This document shows positions 18,308 to 27,523 of a DNA stretch of 64,000 nt, piece after piece. The DNA is from Candidatus Multivoradales bacterium (GTDB taxonomy: Bacteria > Acidobacteriota > Thermoanaerobaculia > Multivoradales > JAHEKO01). Each line of letters begins with the position of its first letter. Positions within the stretch are counted from its first letter, which is position 1. The translations under genes were made by a program, and so were the position numbers. The stretch lies in NCBI GenBank assembly GCA_965223855.1, contig CBDCXM010000008.1:512001-576000 (forward strand). The letters are read 5' to 3'. Under the pieces are notes generated by a model, which was not told where the DNA came from, made no database searches, and saw nothing but the letters and a program-made list of their open reading frames with translations.

Positions 18308-19684
18308 TTGGTACCCCTCGAAGATCCCTGGCTGCCGATCGCGGCGCTCCTCGTCGGAGGAGTGGTCGGATGGGCTCTCACGGCCCTGGCACTCTCGAGG
18401 CGCAGTCATCGCAGGACGCTCGACACCGCCGAGCGCCTGGCCAGCGCGGAGACCCTGGCGCACACCGAGAAGGACCGCCGCCTGCAGGCCGAAGCGGAGC
18501 TGCTGGCGACCGAGGAGCGCCTCGCGACGGTCGATCGCGACCTCGCCGTCGCCCGCGAGCGCGCCGAGGGTGCGGGGCGACTGTTCGAAGAGCAACGCAG
18601 CTTCGTCGAAGGCTCCCGCAAACAGCTCGAGGACGCCTTCGGGTCGCTGGCGGCAGCCGCACTCCAGGGGAGCTCGGAGCAGTTCCTGGCGCTGGCCGAA
18701 CAGCGTCTCGACAAGGAACGCTCGGCGGCGCGCGCCGAACTCGACGAGCGCAAACAGGCGGTCGAGGGGCTCGTGACACCGCTGCGCGAATCGCTCGAGC
18801 GGCTCGATCGGCGCACCGGTGAGCTCGAGAAGAACCGCGCCGCCGATCATTCGCGCCTCGGTGAGCAGGTCGAGCAGCTCGCCCGCACGACCGCCAACCT
18901 GAGGGACGAGACGCTCTCGCTGACCACAGCGCTGAGGGGCACCGAAGTCGGCGGCCGCTGGGGCGAGCTCGCCCTGCGCCGGGTCGCCGAGATCGCCGGG
19001 ATGACCGCGCACTGCGATTTCCAGGAACAGTTGACCCTCGCCGACGGGGCGCGCCCGGACATGGTCGTCCACCTGCCGGAGGGGCGACGCATCGCGGTCG
19101 ATGCCAAAGCACCGCTCAACGCCTTTCTCGACGCCTCGCGAGCCCGCAAGCGCCCGGAGCGCCGGGAGGCGCTGGAGCGCTACTCGAAGGCGCTGCGCGG
19201 TCACGTCCGTCAGCTCGCGTCACGTGACTACGCGGCGGCGCTCGGCGCCGACACCGACTTCGTCGTCCTCTTCCTGCCGGCGGACGCGTTCCTCGGCGCC
19301 GCTTTCCGCAGCGATCCCGACCTCCAGGTCGATGCGCTGCGCTCCAAGGTGCTGCTGGCGACGCCGACCACCCTGGTGGCGCTGCTGCGAACGGTCGCCA
19401 TCTACTGGCAGCAGCGATCGATGGCGGACAACGCGGAGGCGATCGCCGAGGTGGCGAGGGAGCTCTACGCGCGGGCGGCCAAGTTCAGCGAGGATCTCGG
19501 CTCGATCGGCCGCGGCCTGACGGCGGCGCTCGACGCCTACGACCGGGCGGTCGGCTCCTTCGACCGTCGCCTGATGCCGATGGGCCAGAGGCTCGACGAG
19601 CTCAAGGTGTCGGACGGGACTCGTCGCGACCTGGACGCGCCCGAGATCGTCGGTCGCAAGCCACGGCGGATCGAGAGCGAGTAG
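18308..19684 (+). CDS. rmuC: DNA recombination protein RmuC
   Basis: N-terminal TM, coiled coil, GRWGELAL, RPDMVVHLP, VDAKAP, DFVVLFLP, TPTTLVALL; start uncertain (TTG 18308, since the longer ORF overlaps the tRNA). Confidence 0.88.
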   Translation: MVPLEDPWLPIAALLVGGVVGWALTALALSRRSHRRTLDTAERLASAETLAHTEKDRRLQAEAELLATEERLATVDRDLAVARERAEGAGRLFEEQRSFVEGSRKQLEDAFGSLAAAALQGSSEQFLALAEQRLDKERSAARAELDERKQAVEGLVTPLRESLERLDRRTGELEKNRAADHSRLGEQVEQLARTTANLRDETLSLTTALRGTEVGGRWGELALRRVAEIAGMTAHCDFQEQLTLADGARPDMVVHLPEGRRIAVDAKAPLNAFLDASRARKRPERREALERYSKALRGHVRQLASRDYAAALGADTDFVVLFLPADAFLGAAFRSDPDLQVDALRSKVLLATPTTLVALLRTVAIYWQQRSMADNAEAIAEVARELYARAAKFSEDLGSIGRGLTAALDAYDRAVGSFDRRLMPMGQRLDELKVSDGTRRDLDAPEIVGRKPRRIESE

Positions 19685-19714
19685 CTCTCGCTCGACGGCC
19701 CTCTCGGAACCGGC

Positions 19715-20542
19715 CTACTGGTCGTCCGCCGTCGCGCCGATCATCGGGACGAAGCGCACCGGCACGATGTCGCGACGCACCAGCTCGCCCTCCTGCGTCT
19801 TGACCAGCAGCTCGAGCTTCTGAATCGAGCCGGATCCTACCGGGACCACCATTCGCCCTCCCGGAGCGAGCTGGGTGACGAGAGTGACGGGAACCGAGCG
19901 CGGCGCCGCGGTGACGATCACGGCGTCGAACGGCGCCTCCTCCGGCCACCCGGCATAGCCGTTGCCGATCCGGACATGGACGTTGGTGTAGCCGAGATCT
20001 TCGAGCAGACGGCCCGCCTCGCTGCCGAGCTCTTCGCGGATCTCGATCGTGTAGACCTCCCCCGCCAGCTCGGCCAGCACCGCAGCCTGGTAGCCGGAAC
20101 CGGTGCCGATCTCGAGCACCCTCTCGTCACCGGCGAGATCGAGCAGCTCCGTCATCAGAGCGACGATGTAGGGCTGCGAGATCGTCTGGCCGTCTCCGAT
20201 CGGCAGCGGCGAATCAACGTAGGCGTCAGCAGCGAGTCGATCGGGGACGAAGCGGTGCCTCGGCACCGACTCCATCGCCGCCAGCACCCGAGAGTCTTCG
20301 ACCCCGCGCGCCGCGATCTGCCGATCGACCATCTCCTGGCGCCGCTCCAGGAAGGGGTCGTCGGAAGAAAGGGATTGACTCATCACGGCTCCGGGCTCGA
20401 CCCAGAGGGCGACGGCGGCAGCAACGGCGCCGAGCCGCCACCGATCGCGCCGTCCGGCGTCCTCCAACGCGGACGCCTGCGAGGCGCTTCGGGGCGCGAC
20501 TCGCCTGCGGCTACCGCGGCGCCCGCTGACGTTGCACTTCAT
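19715..20542 (-). CDS. pcm: Protein-L-isoaspartate O-methyltransferase
   Basis: VPRHRFVP, GQTISQPYIVA, VLEIGTGSGYQAA, APFDAVIVTAA, VRFVPM; start uncertain (20542 or 20383). Confidence 0.9.
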   Translation of the reverse strand: MKCNVSGRRGSRRRVAPRSASQASALEDAGRRDRWRLGAVAAAVALWVEPGAVMSQSLSSDDPFLERRQEMVDRQIAARGVEDSRVLAAMESVPRHRFVPDRLAADAYVDSPLPIGDGQTISQPYIVALMTELLDLAGDERVLEIGTGSGYQAAVLAELAGEVYTIEIREELGSEAGRLLEDLGYTNVHVRIGNGYAGWPEEAPFDAVIVTAAPRSVPVTLVTQLAPGGRMVVPVGSGSIQKLELLVKTQEGELVRRDIVPVRFVPMIGATADDQ

Positions 20543-20682
20543 CACTGGGACTCGGCCTCCATTGTGACAACCGGGAGAAGCAAATGCCAAGCCAGAGCCG
20601 CCTGCCGGCCCCGGGCGATGCCGCCGATACCGTCAGGGAGTAGACTCCTTCCTTCGCCCTCACGACCCTACCCCTCATCGAC

Positions 20683-22092
20683 ATGACAGATCACGAGACT
20701 CCACCCGGGAGCGGCCTCTGGGCCGACATCCGCGCCGCCATCCTGGGCTCCCGGCAGGACTTCACGACGGGACCGATCGGCCGTGCCGTGCTCGTGTTGT
20801 CGATCCCGATGATGCTCGAGATGGTCGGTCAGTCGATCTTCGGCATCGTCGACGCGTACTTCGTCGGCCGGCTGGGCGAGGCGCCGCTAGCCGGCGTGGC
20901 CTTGACGGAATCGCTGCTCTACCTCGTTTTCGCCGTCGCCCTCGGACTCGCGATGGCGACGACCGCCTTCGTGGCGCGGCGGATCGGCGAGCAGGACGCC
21001 GAACGCGCCTCTCGCGGCGCGTTCCAGGCGCTCGTGCTCGGGCTGCTGTGCTCCCTGCCGTTCGCACTGATCGGCATCTTCTTCGCACCCCAGCTACTCT
21101 CGCTTCTCGGCGCGGAGCCAGAGACGATCGAGGCCGGCACCGGCTATGCGCAGATCGTGCTCGGCGGCAGCTCCACGGTCTTCTTCCTGTTCCTGATCAA
21201 CGCGATCTTCCGTGGGGCGGGCGACGCCACCCTGGCGATGAAGGCGCTGTGGATCGCCAACCTGCTCAACATCGCCCTCGACCCGATCCTGATCTTCGGC
21301 TGGGGGCCGATACCCGCTCTCGGAGTCACCGGCGCCGGAGTCGCCACCACGGTGGCTCGGGCGGTCGGTGTCGCCTATCAGCTGCGGCTGCTGTCGAAGG
21401 GTGTCGGGCGCCTGCACATCGCCCGCGACGCCGTCGGCCTCGACCGCGAGATTCAGCGCCGGCTCCTCAGGGTCGCCGGCCCCGGCATGCTGCAGTTCCT
21501 CGTCGGCACCTGCAGCTGGCTCGCGATCGTCCGCATCATCGCCGTCTACGGCACCGCAGCGCTCGCCGGCTATGTCGTCGCAGTGCGGATCCTCGTCTTC
21601 GCCCTGATGCCCTCCTGGGGCATGGCCAACGCCGCCGCCACCCTGGTCGGGCAGAACCTGGGCGCGTCAAAGCCCGAGCGAGCCGAGCGATCGGTGTGGC
21701 TGACCGCCGCCGCGAACTCGATCTTCCTCGGCGCCGTAGCGGTGATCCTCGTCGCCTTCGCTCAGCACCTGGTCGCACCCTTCTCGAACTCCGAAGAGGT
21801 GCTGCGCTTCGGCGCCGACTGCCTCCGTATCGTCAGCTACAGCTACGTCTTCTTCGGCGTCGGCATGGTGGCGATTCAGGCCTTCAACGGCGCCGGAGAC
21901 ACGACGACGCCGACCTGGATCAACTTCCTCTGCTACTGGGTCCTGCAACTGCCGCTCGCCTGGTACCTCGCCGAGCCCCTCGAGTGGGGCGCGCACGGCG
22001 TCTTCTGGGCGATCACCGCCACCCAGGGGGCGATCGCCGTCGTCGGAGCGCTCTGGTTCCGACGCGGGAGCTGGAAGGAACGGACGGTCTAG
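20683..22092 (+). CDS. MATE family efflux transporter
   Basis: About 12 TM helices, FRGAGD, NIALDPILIFG, LVGQNLGA, FNGAGDT. Confidence 0.93.
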   Translation: MTDHETPPGSGLWADIRAAILGSRQDFTTGPIGRAVLVLSIPMMLEMVGQSIFGIVDAYFVGRLGEAPLAGVALTESLLYLVFAVALGLAMATTAFVARRIGEQDAERASRGAFQALVLGLLCSLPFALIGIFFAPQLLSLLGAEPETIEAGTGYAQIVLGGSSTVFFLFLINAIFRGAGDATLAMKALWIANLLNIALDPILIFGWGPIPALGVTGAGVATTVARAVGVAYQLRLLSKGVGRLHIARDAVGLDREIQRRLLRVAGPGMLQFLVGTCSWLAIVRIIAVYGTAALAGYVVAVRILVFALMPSWGMANAAATLVGQNLGASKPERAERSVWLTAAANSIFLGAVAVILVAFAQHLVAPFSNSEEVLRFGADCLRIVSYSYVFFGVGMVAIQAFNGAGDTTTPTWINFLCYWVLQLPLAWYLAEPLEWGAHGVFWAITATQGAIAVVGALWFRRGSWKERTV

Positions 22093-22116
22093 CCCGTCTG
22101 CCTCACGCCTCGGCGC

Positions 22117-22836
22117 TCAGTCGACCGTGAAGGTTTGCAGCTCGACCGGCACCGGAGCGCCGTCGAGCGCGAACAGCAGGTCGGGGGCCGCGGCGCCGCA
22201 GCCGGAGCCCGCCTGCCACGAGAGGCAACCGGTACCGAAGCCGTCACCGGGGTTCTCCCACAGGAACTCGGCTCCCGTCTGCGTCGAACGCTCGCTCCAC
22301 AGCCACTGGCCGCCGACCGCCCTGTCCATCTGCACCCTGACCGACAGCCAGTAGTCACCCGGGGCGAGCTGGCACAGCGTCGGCAGGAAGATCTCGAAGC
22401 TCCCGGCGCCGTCGTCCGTGAAGTCGACCCCGGACTCGAGGCCGAGGTAACTGCAGGCCGCCGGCTCCGCCGGGAGCCCGCCGAGATCGCTGAAGAACTC
22501 CACATCGACGAGCGGTGCCGGACCGGGGCCGTTGAGATAGCTGCCGAGGACGCGCACTCCCCCGACATTCCAACCCTCGTCGGCCGCCGGAACGGAGAAA
22601 TCGTCCGCCGCGCGGCAGTCGAAGGCTGCATCGACCGGCTCGAAGATCTGGCTGGAAAAGCCGACCCCCGCCGGGTCGTCGGTCTGGTCGTAGAGGGTGC
22701 CGCCGAGGCTGGAACTCGCAGCGACCTCGGCCTCGAGTTCGGGCTCCGCCCTCAGGTCCGCCGTCGGCTGAGCCTCGGCGGCCGTGACCGCCACGAGGAA
22801 GGGCACCGCGGCTATCGCGATTCGTACCTTGGTCAT
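22117..22836 (-). CDS. Exported hypothetical beta-sandwich protein with C-terminal PVELQTFTVD tail
   Basis: RBS GGGAGA, signal peptide MTKVRIAIAAVPFLVAVTAAEA, LYDQTD...AADDFSVP, Cys pairs. Confidence 0.75.
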   Translation of the reverse strand: MTKVRIAIAAVPFLVAVTAAEAQPTADLRAEPELEAEVAASSSLGGTLYDQTDDPAGVGFSSQIFEPVDAAFDCRAADDFSVPAADEGWNVGGVRVLGSYLNGPGPAPLVDVEFFSDLGGLPAEPAACSYLGLESGVDFTDDGAGSFEIFLPTLCQLAPGDYWLSVRVQMDRAVGGQWLWSERSTQTGAEFLWENPGDGFGTGCLSWQAGSGCGAAAPDLLFALDGAPVPVELQTFTVD

Positions 22837-22856
22837 CTGCGCTTTCTCCCGTCGAA

Positions 22857-25073
22857 CTACGGAATCGTGTTGCTCCAGGCCGAGGTGTCTCCCGATTCGA
22901 AGCCGTCCTCGAAGATCGTCGACGGTTCGAGCTCGAGCAGCGAGACGTCGTCGACGAACGCGTCGACCGCGAGGCCGGCCGGCGACCGCAGCGTCACCGA
23001 ACACAAGGCCGAGGAGGTCGTCGGCGGCGTCGTGAGCTCACCTGCGAACGGCGTCCACACTCCCGACGTCGAGATGGTGTCGAAGAACGCCTGCGTCGGC
23101 AGGCTCGTGCCCGTGCAGTCGTCGGAGGAGAAGAAGTCGCACGCCCTCAGCACCTCGACCGTGCCGCCGGTGGTGTCGAGATTGACCGAACCGCTGAACT
23201 CGTACACGCCGTTCGAGCCGATCGGCACGCACTGGCCGATCGACAGATCGCCCGCGCCCGAGTCGATCTCGAACGCCGCCGATCCCGAGACGAGCGCGTC
23301 GTCGATGTCGGTCAGCGGGTCGTGGGTGATCGACGAGCCGAACTCGACGACCGGCACCCACGGCCCCAGATCGCAGTCGAAGTGGCCGCGGGCCAGGCGA
23401 TCGTTGGCATCGACGCGGAACTGACGCACGAAGTCGTCGCCGCCGATGAAGTCGCCGTCGCCGTCGAGCTCGTTGCCGGCCTCGTCGAGAAGGCCGCCGG
23501 GACCGCTGCAGGCGAGGACGCGGTACGGCCCGTCGATCAGCCCGTCCGGCTCGTCGAACAGGACGGTGGCCAGCAGGTCGGCCGCCTCGTAGTCGACCGT
23601 GTCGATCGGGATCAGCACGTCGTCGCCGACCGCCGGTCCGCAGGCGGTGGTCGACAGGTCGAGATCGGGCCCCGCGCCGACGATCTGCCACGAGGCAGGA
23701 TCGAGCACCGAGGCGACGTCCATCTCCTCGGAGAAGACGAAGCGGGCTCCGACCGTCTTGCGGAAGACGTTCTCGCATTCCTCCAGCGTGCCGTCACCGC
23801 TGAGCTTGATGCTGTCGATGTTGGCGATCGTCGGCGACAGCAGGTCGTTGATCGGGGTCGTGTCGCTGGCCATCGCCTCGACCGGCACGCCTCCGGTGCC
23901 GGCCCCGTCGTCCGCCATCGCCGCGTCGTTCGTGACGAGGTCCGGCGCATCCTGCGGCGGCACGACCTCGACCGCGAAGATCACGGTGTCGATCGTCTGT
24001 GCGGCGAGCAGGCCGTAGGTGAACTGACAGGGGGTCCCCTCGGGATCGCCGTCAGCACAGCTCCAACCGGCGGTCGAAGCTCCCGCATCGAACGTCGTGC
24101 CGGCCGGCACCGTCTCGTCGATCACCACCCCACTGGCATCCTGCAGTCCGGTGTTTTCGAGCGTCAGGGTGTACGGGATCGTCGTGCCCGGATCGAAGGC
24201 TCCGCCGCCGTCGTCCTTCGTCAGGGTGAAGGCGGGATCGGCGTCGATCGGGATGTCGGCCTGGGTCGTGTCGAAGAGCGGCGTCTTCGGCGACGAGATC
24301 TGCGCGGTGTTCGTGAACACCTCGAGGCCGGCGGCGACGGTCGCATCGACCACCGCCTCGTACAGCACCGTGACGGATCCCCCACCGCCCGGGACGGTGG
24401 TGACGGTGATGTCCACAGTGTTGCCGCCGCTGTTGTCGACTGCGCCTGAAGCGCCCCCTCCGAGGATCACCGAGATCGACCCGAGGTCGAGTGTCATCCC
24501 GGCGGGCAGCGCGTCGTTCACGTTGACGCTTACGTCGTCGCCGTTGCCGGTGTTGGAGAGGCTCACGGCATAGCTCAGCCGCTCGCCCGGATCGGCATCG
24601 CCGTCGTTGTTGCCGGCGCTGTCATCGACCGTCATCGTGGCACCGGCGAGATTCGGTGCGGCCAGCACGCTCGTCACGGTCGGATCCTCGTCGCCACCGA
24701 CATCGGGGTCGTCGCTGAGCAGTCCTCCCGCGAGATCGGGACTCGCCAGCGTCGCCTGCGAGGCCACCTCGGTGACGCTGTTGGGGAACGGGTTGTTGAC
24801 GGTGGCGGAGAAGAAGACCCGCAGAGTCTTGCCTTGCGGCAGAACCGGGATGGTGAAGGCGTTCGTCACCGGCCCTTCCGGAGCGTCGCCGCCCTTGCCG
24901 AGGCTCGGCCGATCGAATGCGCTGCCGGAGAGCTCTGCAGTTCCGGACGAAGACTCGCTCCGGACCTTCTGCCCAGCTTCCCGAGCCGCCGCCGCACTCG
25001 AGCCGACGGCCACGAGCAGGACGAGCCAGCTCGCCGGGTTCTTCCACCAGTCTCTTGCTCTGGATCCCATCAT
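22857..25073 (-). CDS. Exported DUF11-domain surface protein with CBM-like domain and C-terminal [14 protein letters not shown] tail
   Basis: Signal peptide; DUF11-type repeats PGERLSYAVSLSNTG..NDALPAG and LTKDD..PGTTIPYTLTLENTG..DETVPAG; acidic LDGDGD motif. Confidence 0.8.
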   Translation of the reverse strand: MMGSRARDWWKNPASWLVLLVAVGSSAAAAREAGQKVRSESSSGTAELSGSAFDRPSLGKGGDAPEGPVTNAFTIPVLPQGKTLRVFFSATVNNPFPNSVTEVASQATLASPDLAGGLLSDDPDVGGDEDPTVTSVLAAPNLAGATMTVDDSAGNNDGDADPGERLSYAVSLSNTGNGDDVSVNVNDALPAGMTLDLGSISVILGGGASGAVDNSGGNTVDITVTTVPGGGGSVTVLYEAVVDATVAAGLEVFTNTAQISSPKTPLFDTTQADIPIDADPAFTLTKDDGGGAFDPGTTIPYTLTLENTGLQDASGVVIDETVPAGTTFDAGASTAGWSCADGDPEGTPCQFTYGLLAAQTIDTVIFAVEVVPPQDAPDLVTNDAAMADDGAGTGGVPVEAMASDTTPINDLLSPTIANIDSIKLSGDGTLEECENVFRKTVGARFVFSEEMDVASVLDPASWQIVGAGPDLDLSTTACGPAVGDDVLIPIDTVDYEAADLLATVLFDEPDGLIDGPYRVLACSGPGGLLDEAGNELDGDGDFIGGDDFVRQFRVDANDRLARGHFDCDLGPWVPVVEFGSSITHDPLTDIDDALVSGSAAFEIDSGAGDLSIGQCVPIGSNGVYEFSGSVNLDTTGGTVEVLRACDFFSSDDCTGTSLPTQAFFDTISTSGVWTPFAGELTTPPTTSSALCSVTLRSPAGLAVDAFVDDVSLLELEPSTIFEDGFESGDTSAWSNTIP

Positions 25074-25080
25074 CGCCCGC

Positions 25081-25380
25081 CTATGTGAAGACTGCCTCGT
25101 ACTTCATCCCGTGCTCGTCGGGGCCGATCGGCACCAGGAACAGCTCCATCGTGCCGGTCGCCTCCCCTTCCACGCGGTAGGTCTGCTGGAGCGGCTCCGC
25201 AGTCTGCGGCCCACGCAGCACGACCGAGAACGGCATGCGTCCGTTCGGGCCCCGCGTCTCTCCCATCGGCGCCACCTCGACCACCTCGGCGTCGAAGCTC
25301 GTCTCGTCACCCTCGACACGCACCCTGCGGCCGACCAGCGGCTTCAGAGCTTCCATCTCGACCGTACCGACGTCGATCAT
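25081..25380 (-). CDS. DUF6916-like small protein (99 aa)
   Basis: PFSVVLRGP...QQTY...LFLVPIGP...YEAVF; ATGA overlap with the GNAT stop; this family is typically found next to tail-collar/GNAT genes. Confidence 0.8.
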   Translation of the reverse strand: MIDVGTVEMEALKPLVGRRVRVEGDETSFDAEVVEVAPMGETRGPNGRMPFSVVLRGPQTAEPLQQTYRVEGEATGTMELFLVPIGPDEHGMKYEAVFT

Positions 25381-25862
25381 GCGCCAGCCTCCGCCACCAC
25401 AGCGGGCGCCCACTCCATCAGCCAGTAGACTCCCTGATCCTCGACCCGGCTGAAGCCGAGGCGTTCGTAGAGTCGCATCGCCGGGTTGTTCTGCTCGACG
25501 TGAATCCGCACCTTCTTGCCGTTCCCGGCCGCCTCGTCGAGCACGTCCCGCATCAGCCGCCGGCCCAGACCCGCTCCGCGCTTCTCGGGTACCAGGGCGA
25601 TATCGATCACCCGGTGCTCGTCGTCGCGACGATCGAGATAGAGCCTGCCGATCGGTGTGCCGTCTTCGAGCACGAGGTCGAAGCTCGCGTCGGGGAATTG
25701 CTCCTGGTAGAAGCGATGCTGCGCTTCGAACTGCTGCAGGAGGAAAGCCTGCTTCTCCTCGTCCGACCACGGCACGACCGCCACCTCTTCCGCGCGAGTC
25801 GAAGCATAGAGCTCGCGCAGGAAGGGTCGGTCTGCCTCAGTGATCGGGCGGAACGTCAGCAT
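25377..25862 (-). CDS. GNAT family N-acetyltransferase
   Basis: LYASTR, QQFEAQH, IDIALVPEKRGAGLG acetyl-CoA motif, NPAMRLYERLGF. Confidence 0.92.
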   Translation of the reverse strand: MLTFRPITEADRPFLRELYASTRAEEVAVVPWSDEEKQAFLLQQFEAQHRFYQEQFPDASFDLVLEDGTPIGRLYLDRRDDEHRVIDIALVPEKRGAGLGRRLMRDVLDEAAGNGKKVRIHVEQNNPAMRLYERLGFSRVEDQGVYWLMEWAPAVVAEAGA

Positions 25863-25878
25863 GGAGCGGTCGCAGTCC

Positions 25879-26394
25879 TCAGCTTCGTGACGGATAGAGC
25901 CCGACGAGGGCGATGATGAAGGTCAGCACCAGGAACGGCTGCAGGTTGTTGTGAGCCTGGCCTCCCCCCTGGGCGACGAGAGAATTGCCCTTCATCGCCT
26001 GGAGGTTGTTCGCCGCGGCGTAGATGCCGTTGTCGCCGCCCGTGTAGTTGTTCTGAGGGTCGTTGTCTTCGCCCTCGTTCTCGTTGTTGCCGACCAGGGT
26101 GTGAGTGTGGTTCGGCATCTGCGCTTCGGTGAGGGTCACCGTCTCGACACCGCCCCTCTGACCGAGCCGGCGCGAGGTCAAACCGGGACCGCGGCCGGGA
26201 TGCATCGGCGCTCGCCCCTGGAGGTTCGGTAGCGCCGTGGTCGTCCGGCCGTCACCACCGTAGGTGGTGCCGATCAGCGAGAAGAGCGCCGTGTTCTGGG
26301 AGATCGGCAGCAGCTGTCCGTCACAGAACGCCCAGCCCCTGGGAGCGAAGTTGCCGGCGAAGATCCTGATCTCTGCAATGAAGGGTTCCGACAT
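25879..26394 (-). CDS. Phage tail collar domain protein (microcystin-dependent protein-like), paralogue 3
   Basis: FAGNFAPRGWAFCDGQLL..LFSLIGTTYGGDG..LPNLQGR; MPNHTH; HNNLQP..FIIAL.G.YPSR. Confidence 0.93.
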   Translation of the reverse strand: MSEPFIAEIRIFAGNFAPRGWAFCDGQLLPISQNTALFSLIGTTYGGDGRTTTALPNLQGRAPMHPGRGPGLTSRRLGQRGGVETVTLTEAQMPNHTHTLVGNNENEGEDNDPQNNYTGGDNGIYAAANNLQAMKGNSLVAQGGGQAHNNLQPFLVLTFIIALVGLYPSRS

Positions 26395-26403
26395 GGCTGT
26401 CTC

Positions 26404-26925
26404 CTAGTGGCGCGACGGGTAGATCCCGAAGAGCGCGATGATGAAGTTGATGCAGAGAAAGGGCATCAGGTTGGTATGGGACTGGCTGCCGCCGACATTC
26501 GTCACCGCCGAGGATGCGTAGTTGACGGTGCCGTCGTCCACGTTGTCGATGTAGATGTCGGGCTGCGACTGTGCGAGCAGCGCACCGGAAGGGCTGGCGG
26601 CGTTGGCCGTCGCCGTGGTCCCCTGCCACTGGTGGCGGTGAGACGGCAGCTGGTTGACGGTGACCGTCTCCTTCTCGCTGCCGAGCTTGGCGCCGAGACG
26701 CCGCGCGCTCAGACCTGGCCCTGTACCGGCATGGATCGGGAGGCGACCCCGCAAATCGGGCAGGCCGAAGGTCGTCCGTCCGTCGCCACCGTAGATCGTG
26801 CCGAGCAGGCTGAAGAGAGCATCGTTCTGGGAAACCGCCAGCAACTGGCCGTCGCAGAAGGCCCAGCCCCGCGGCGCGAAGTTGCCGGCGAACATTCTGA
26901 TTTCACCAACGAAGGGTTCTGACAT
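26404..26925 (-). CDS. Phage tail collar domain protein (Mdp-like), paralogue 2
   Basis: GEIRMFAGNFAPRGWAFCDGQ..GGDGRTTFGLPDLRGR; LPSHRH; HTNLMP. Confidence 0.93.
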   Translation of the reverse strand: MSEPFVGEIRMFAGNFAPRGWAFCDGQLLAVSQNDALFSLLGTIYGGDGRTTFGLPDLRGRLPIHAGTGPGLSARRLGAKLGSEKETVTVNQLPSHRHQWQGTTATANAASPSGALLAQSQPDIYIDNVDDGTVNYASSAVTNVGGSQSHTNLMPFLCINFIIALFGIYPSRH

Positions 26926-26934
26926 CGGTCTCTC

Positions 26935-27453
26935 CTAGTTGCGCGACGGGAACAGGCCTTGAAGGGCGATGCAGAAGTTCAAGGCCAGGCACGGTTGCAT
27001 GTTGTTGTGAGCCTGCCCTCCACCGACGGCGGAGGAATTGGCGTTGGTCATCGCCACGGCCGGCGACGACGCAACGTTGTTGTAGACGTTCGCAGCCACC
27101 GTCCCGAGGACGCGGCCGTCGGCGTTGGTCTGAGTCGCCGAGGCCGTACTCCCCTGCACCGTGTGGTTGTGCTGGGGCATCTCGCCGGCCGACAGCGTGT
27201 GGTTCTCCTCGCCGCTCTTCTGGCCCAGAGTATGAGAGGTGCCGTTGCTCGAGCCGACGTGGATCGGCGTGCGGCCGCGCAGATCGGGCAGCGCGAAGCT
27301 CGTCCGGCCGTCGCCACCGTAGGTGGTGCCCAGGAGGGAGTACAGGCTCTGGTTCTGGTTGATCGGCAGGATCTGGCCGTCACACAAGGCCCACCCGCGA
27401 GGAGCGAAGTTGAAGCCGACGATACGTACCTCGGCTAGGAAGGGCTCTGACAT
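26935..27453 (-). CDS. Phage tail collar domain protein (Mdp-like), paralogue 1
   Basis: FNFAPRGWALCDGQ..GGDGRTSFALPDLRGR; MPQHNH; HNNMQP..CIALQGLFPSRN. Confidence 0.93.
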   Translation of the reverse strand: MSEPFLAEVRIVGFNFAPRGWALCDGQILPINQNQSLYSLLGTTYGGDGRTSFALPDLRGRTPIHVGSSNGTSHTLGQKSGEENHTLSAGEMPQHNHTVQGSTASATQTNADGRVLGTVAANVYNNVASSPAVAMTNANSSAVGGGQAHNNMQPCLALNFCIALQGLFPSRN

Positions 27454-27523
27454 GGCTCTGTTCTCCTCTCTGCTTTCTGGTTGACGCTGAGCTTCTGGTT
27501 CCCGGTAGCGGCTCTATTGGTCC

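Noticed and set aside
25879-27453. Prophage, eCIS or T6SS suggested by 'phage tail' genes
   Set aside because: No integrase, terminase, capsid, sheath, tube, baseplate or VgrG genes in the window; the flanks are ordinary chromosomal genes
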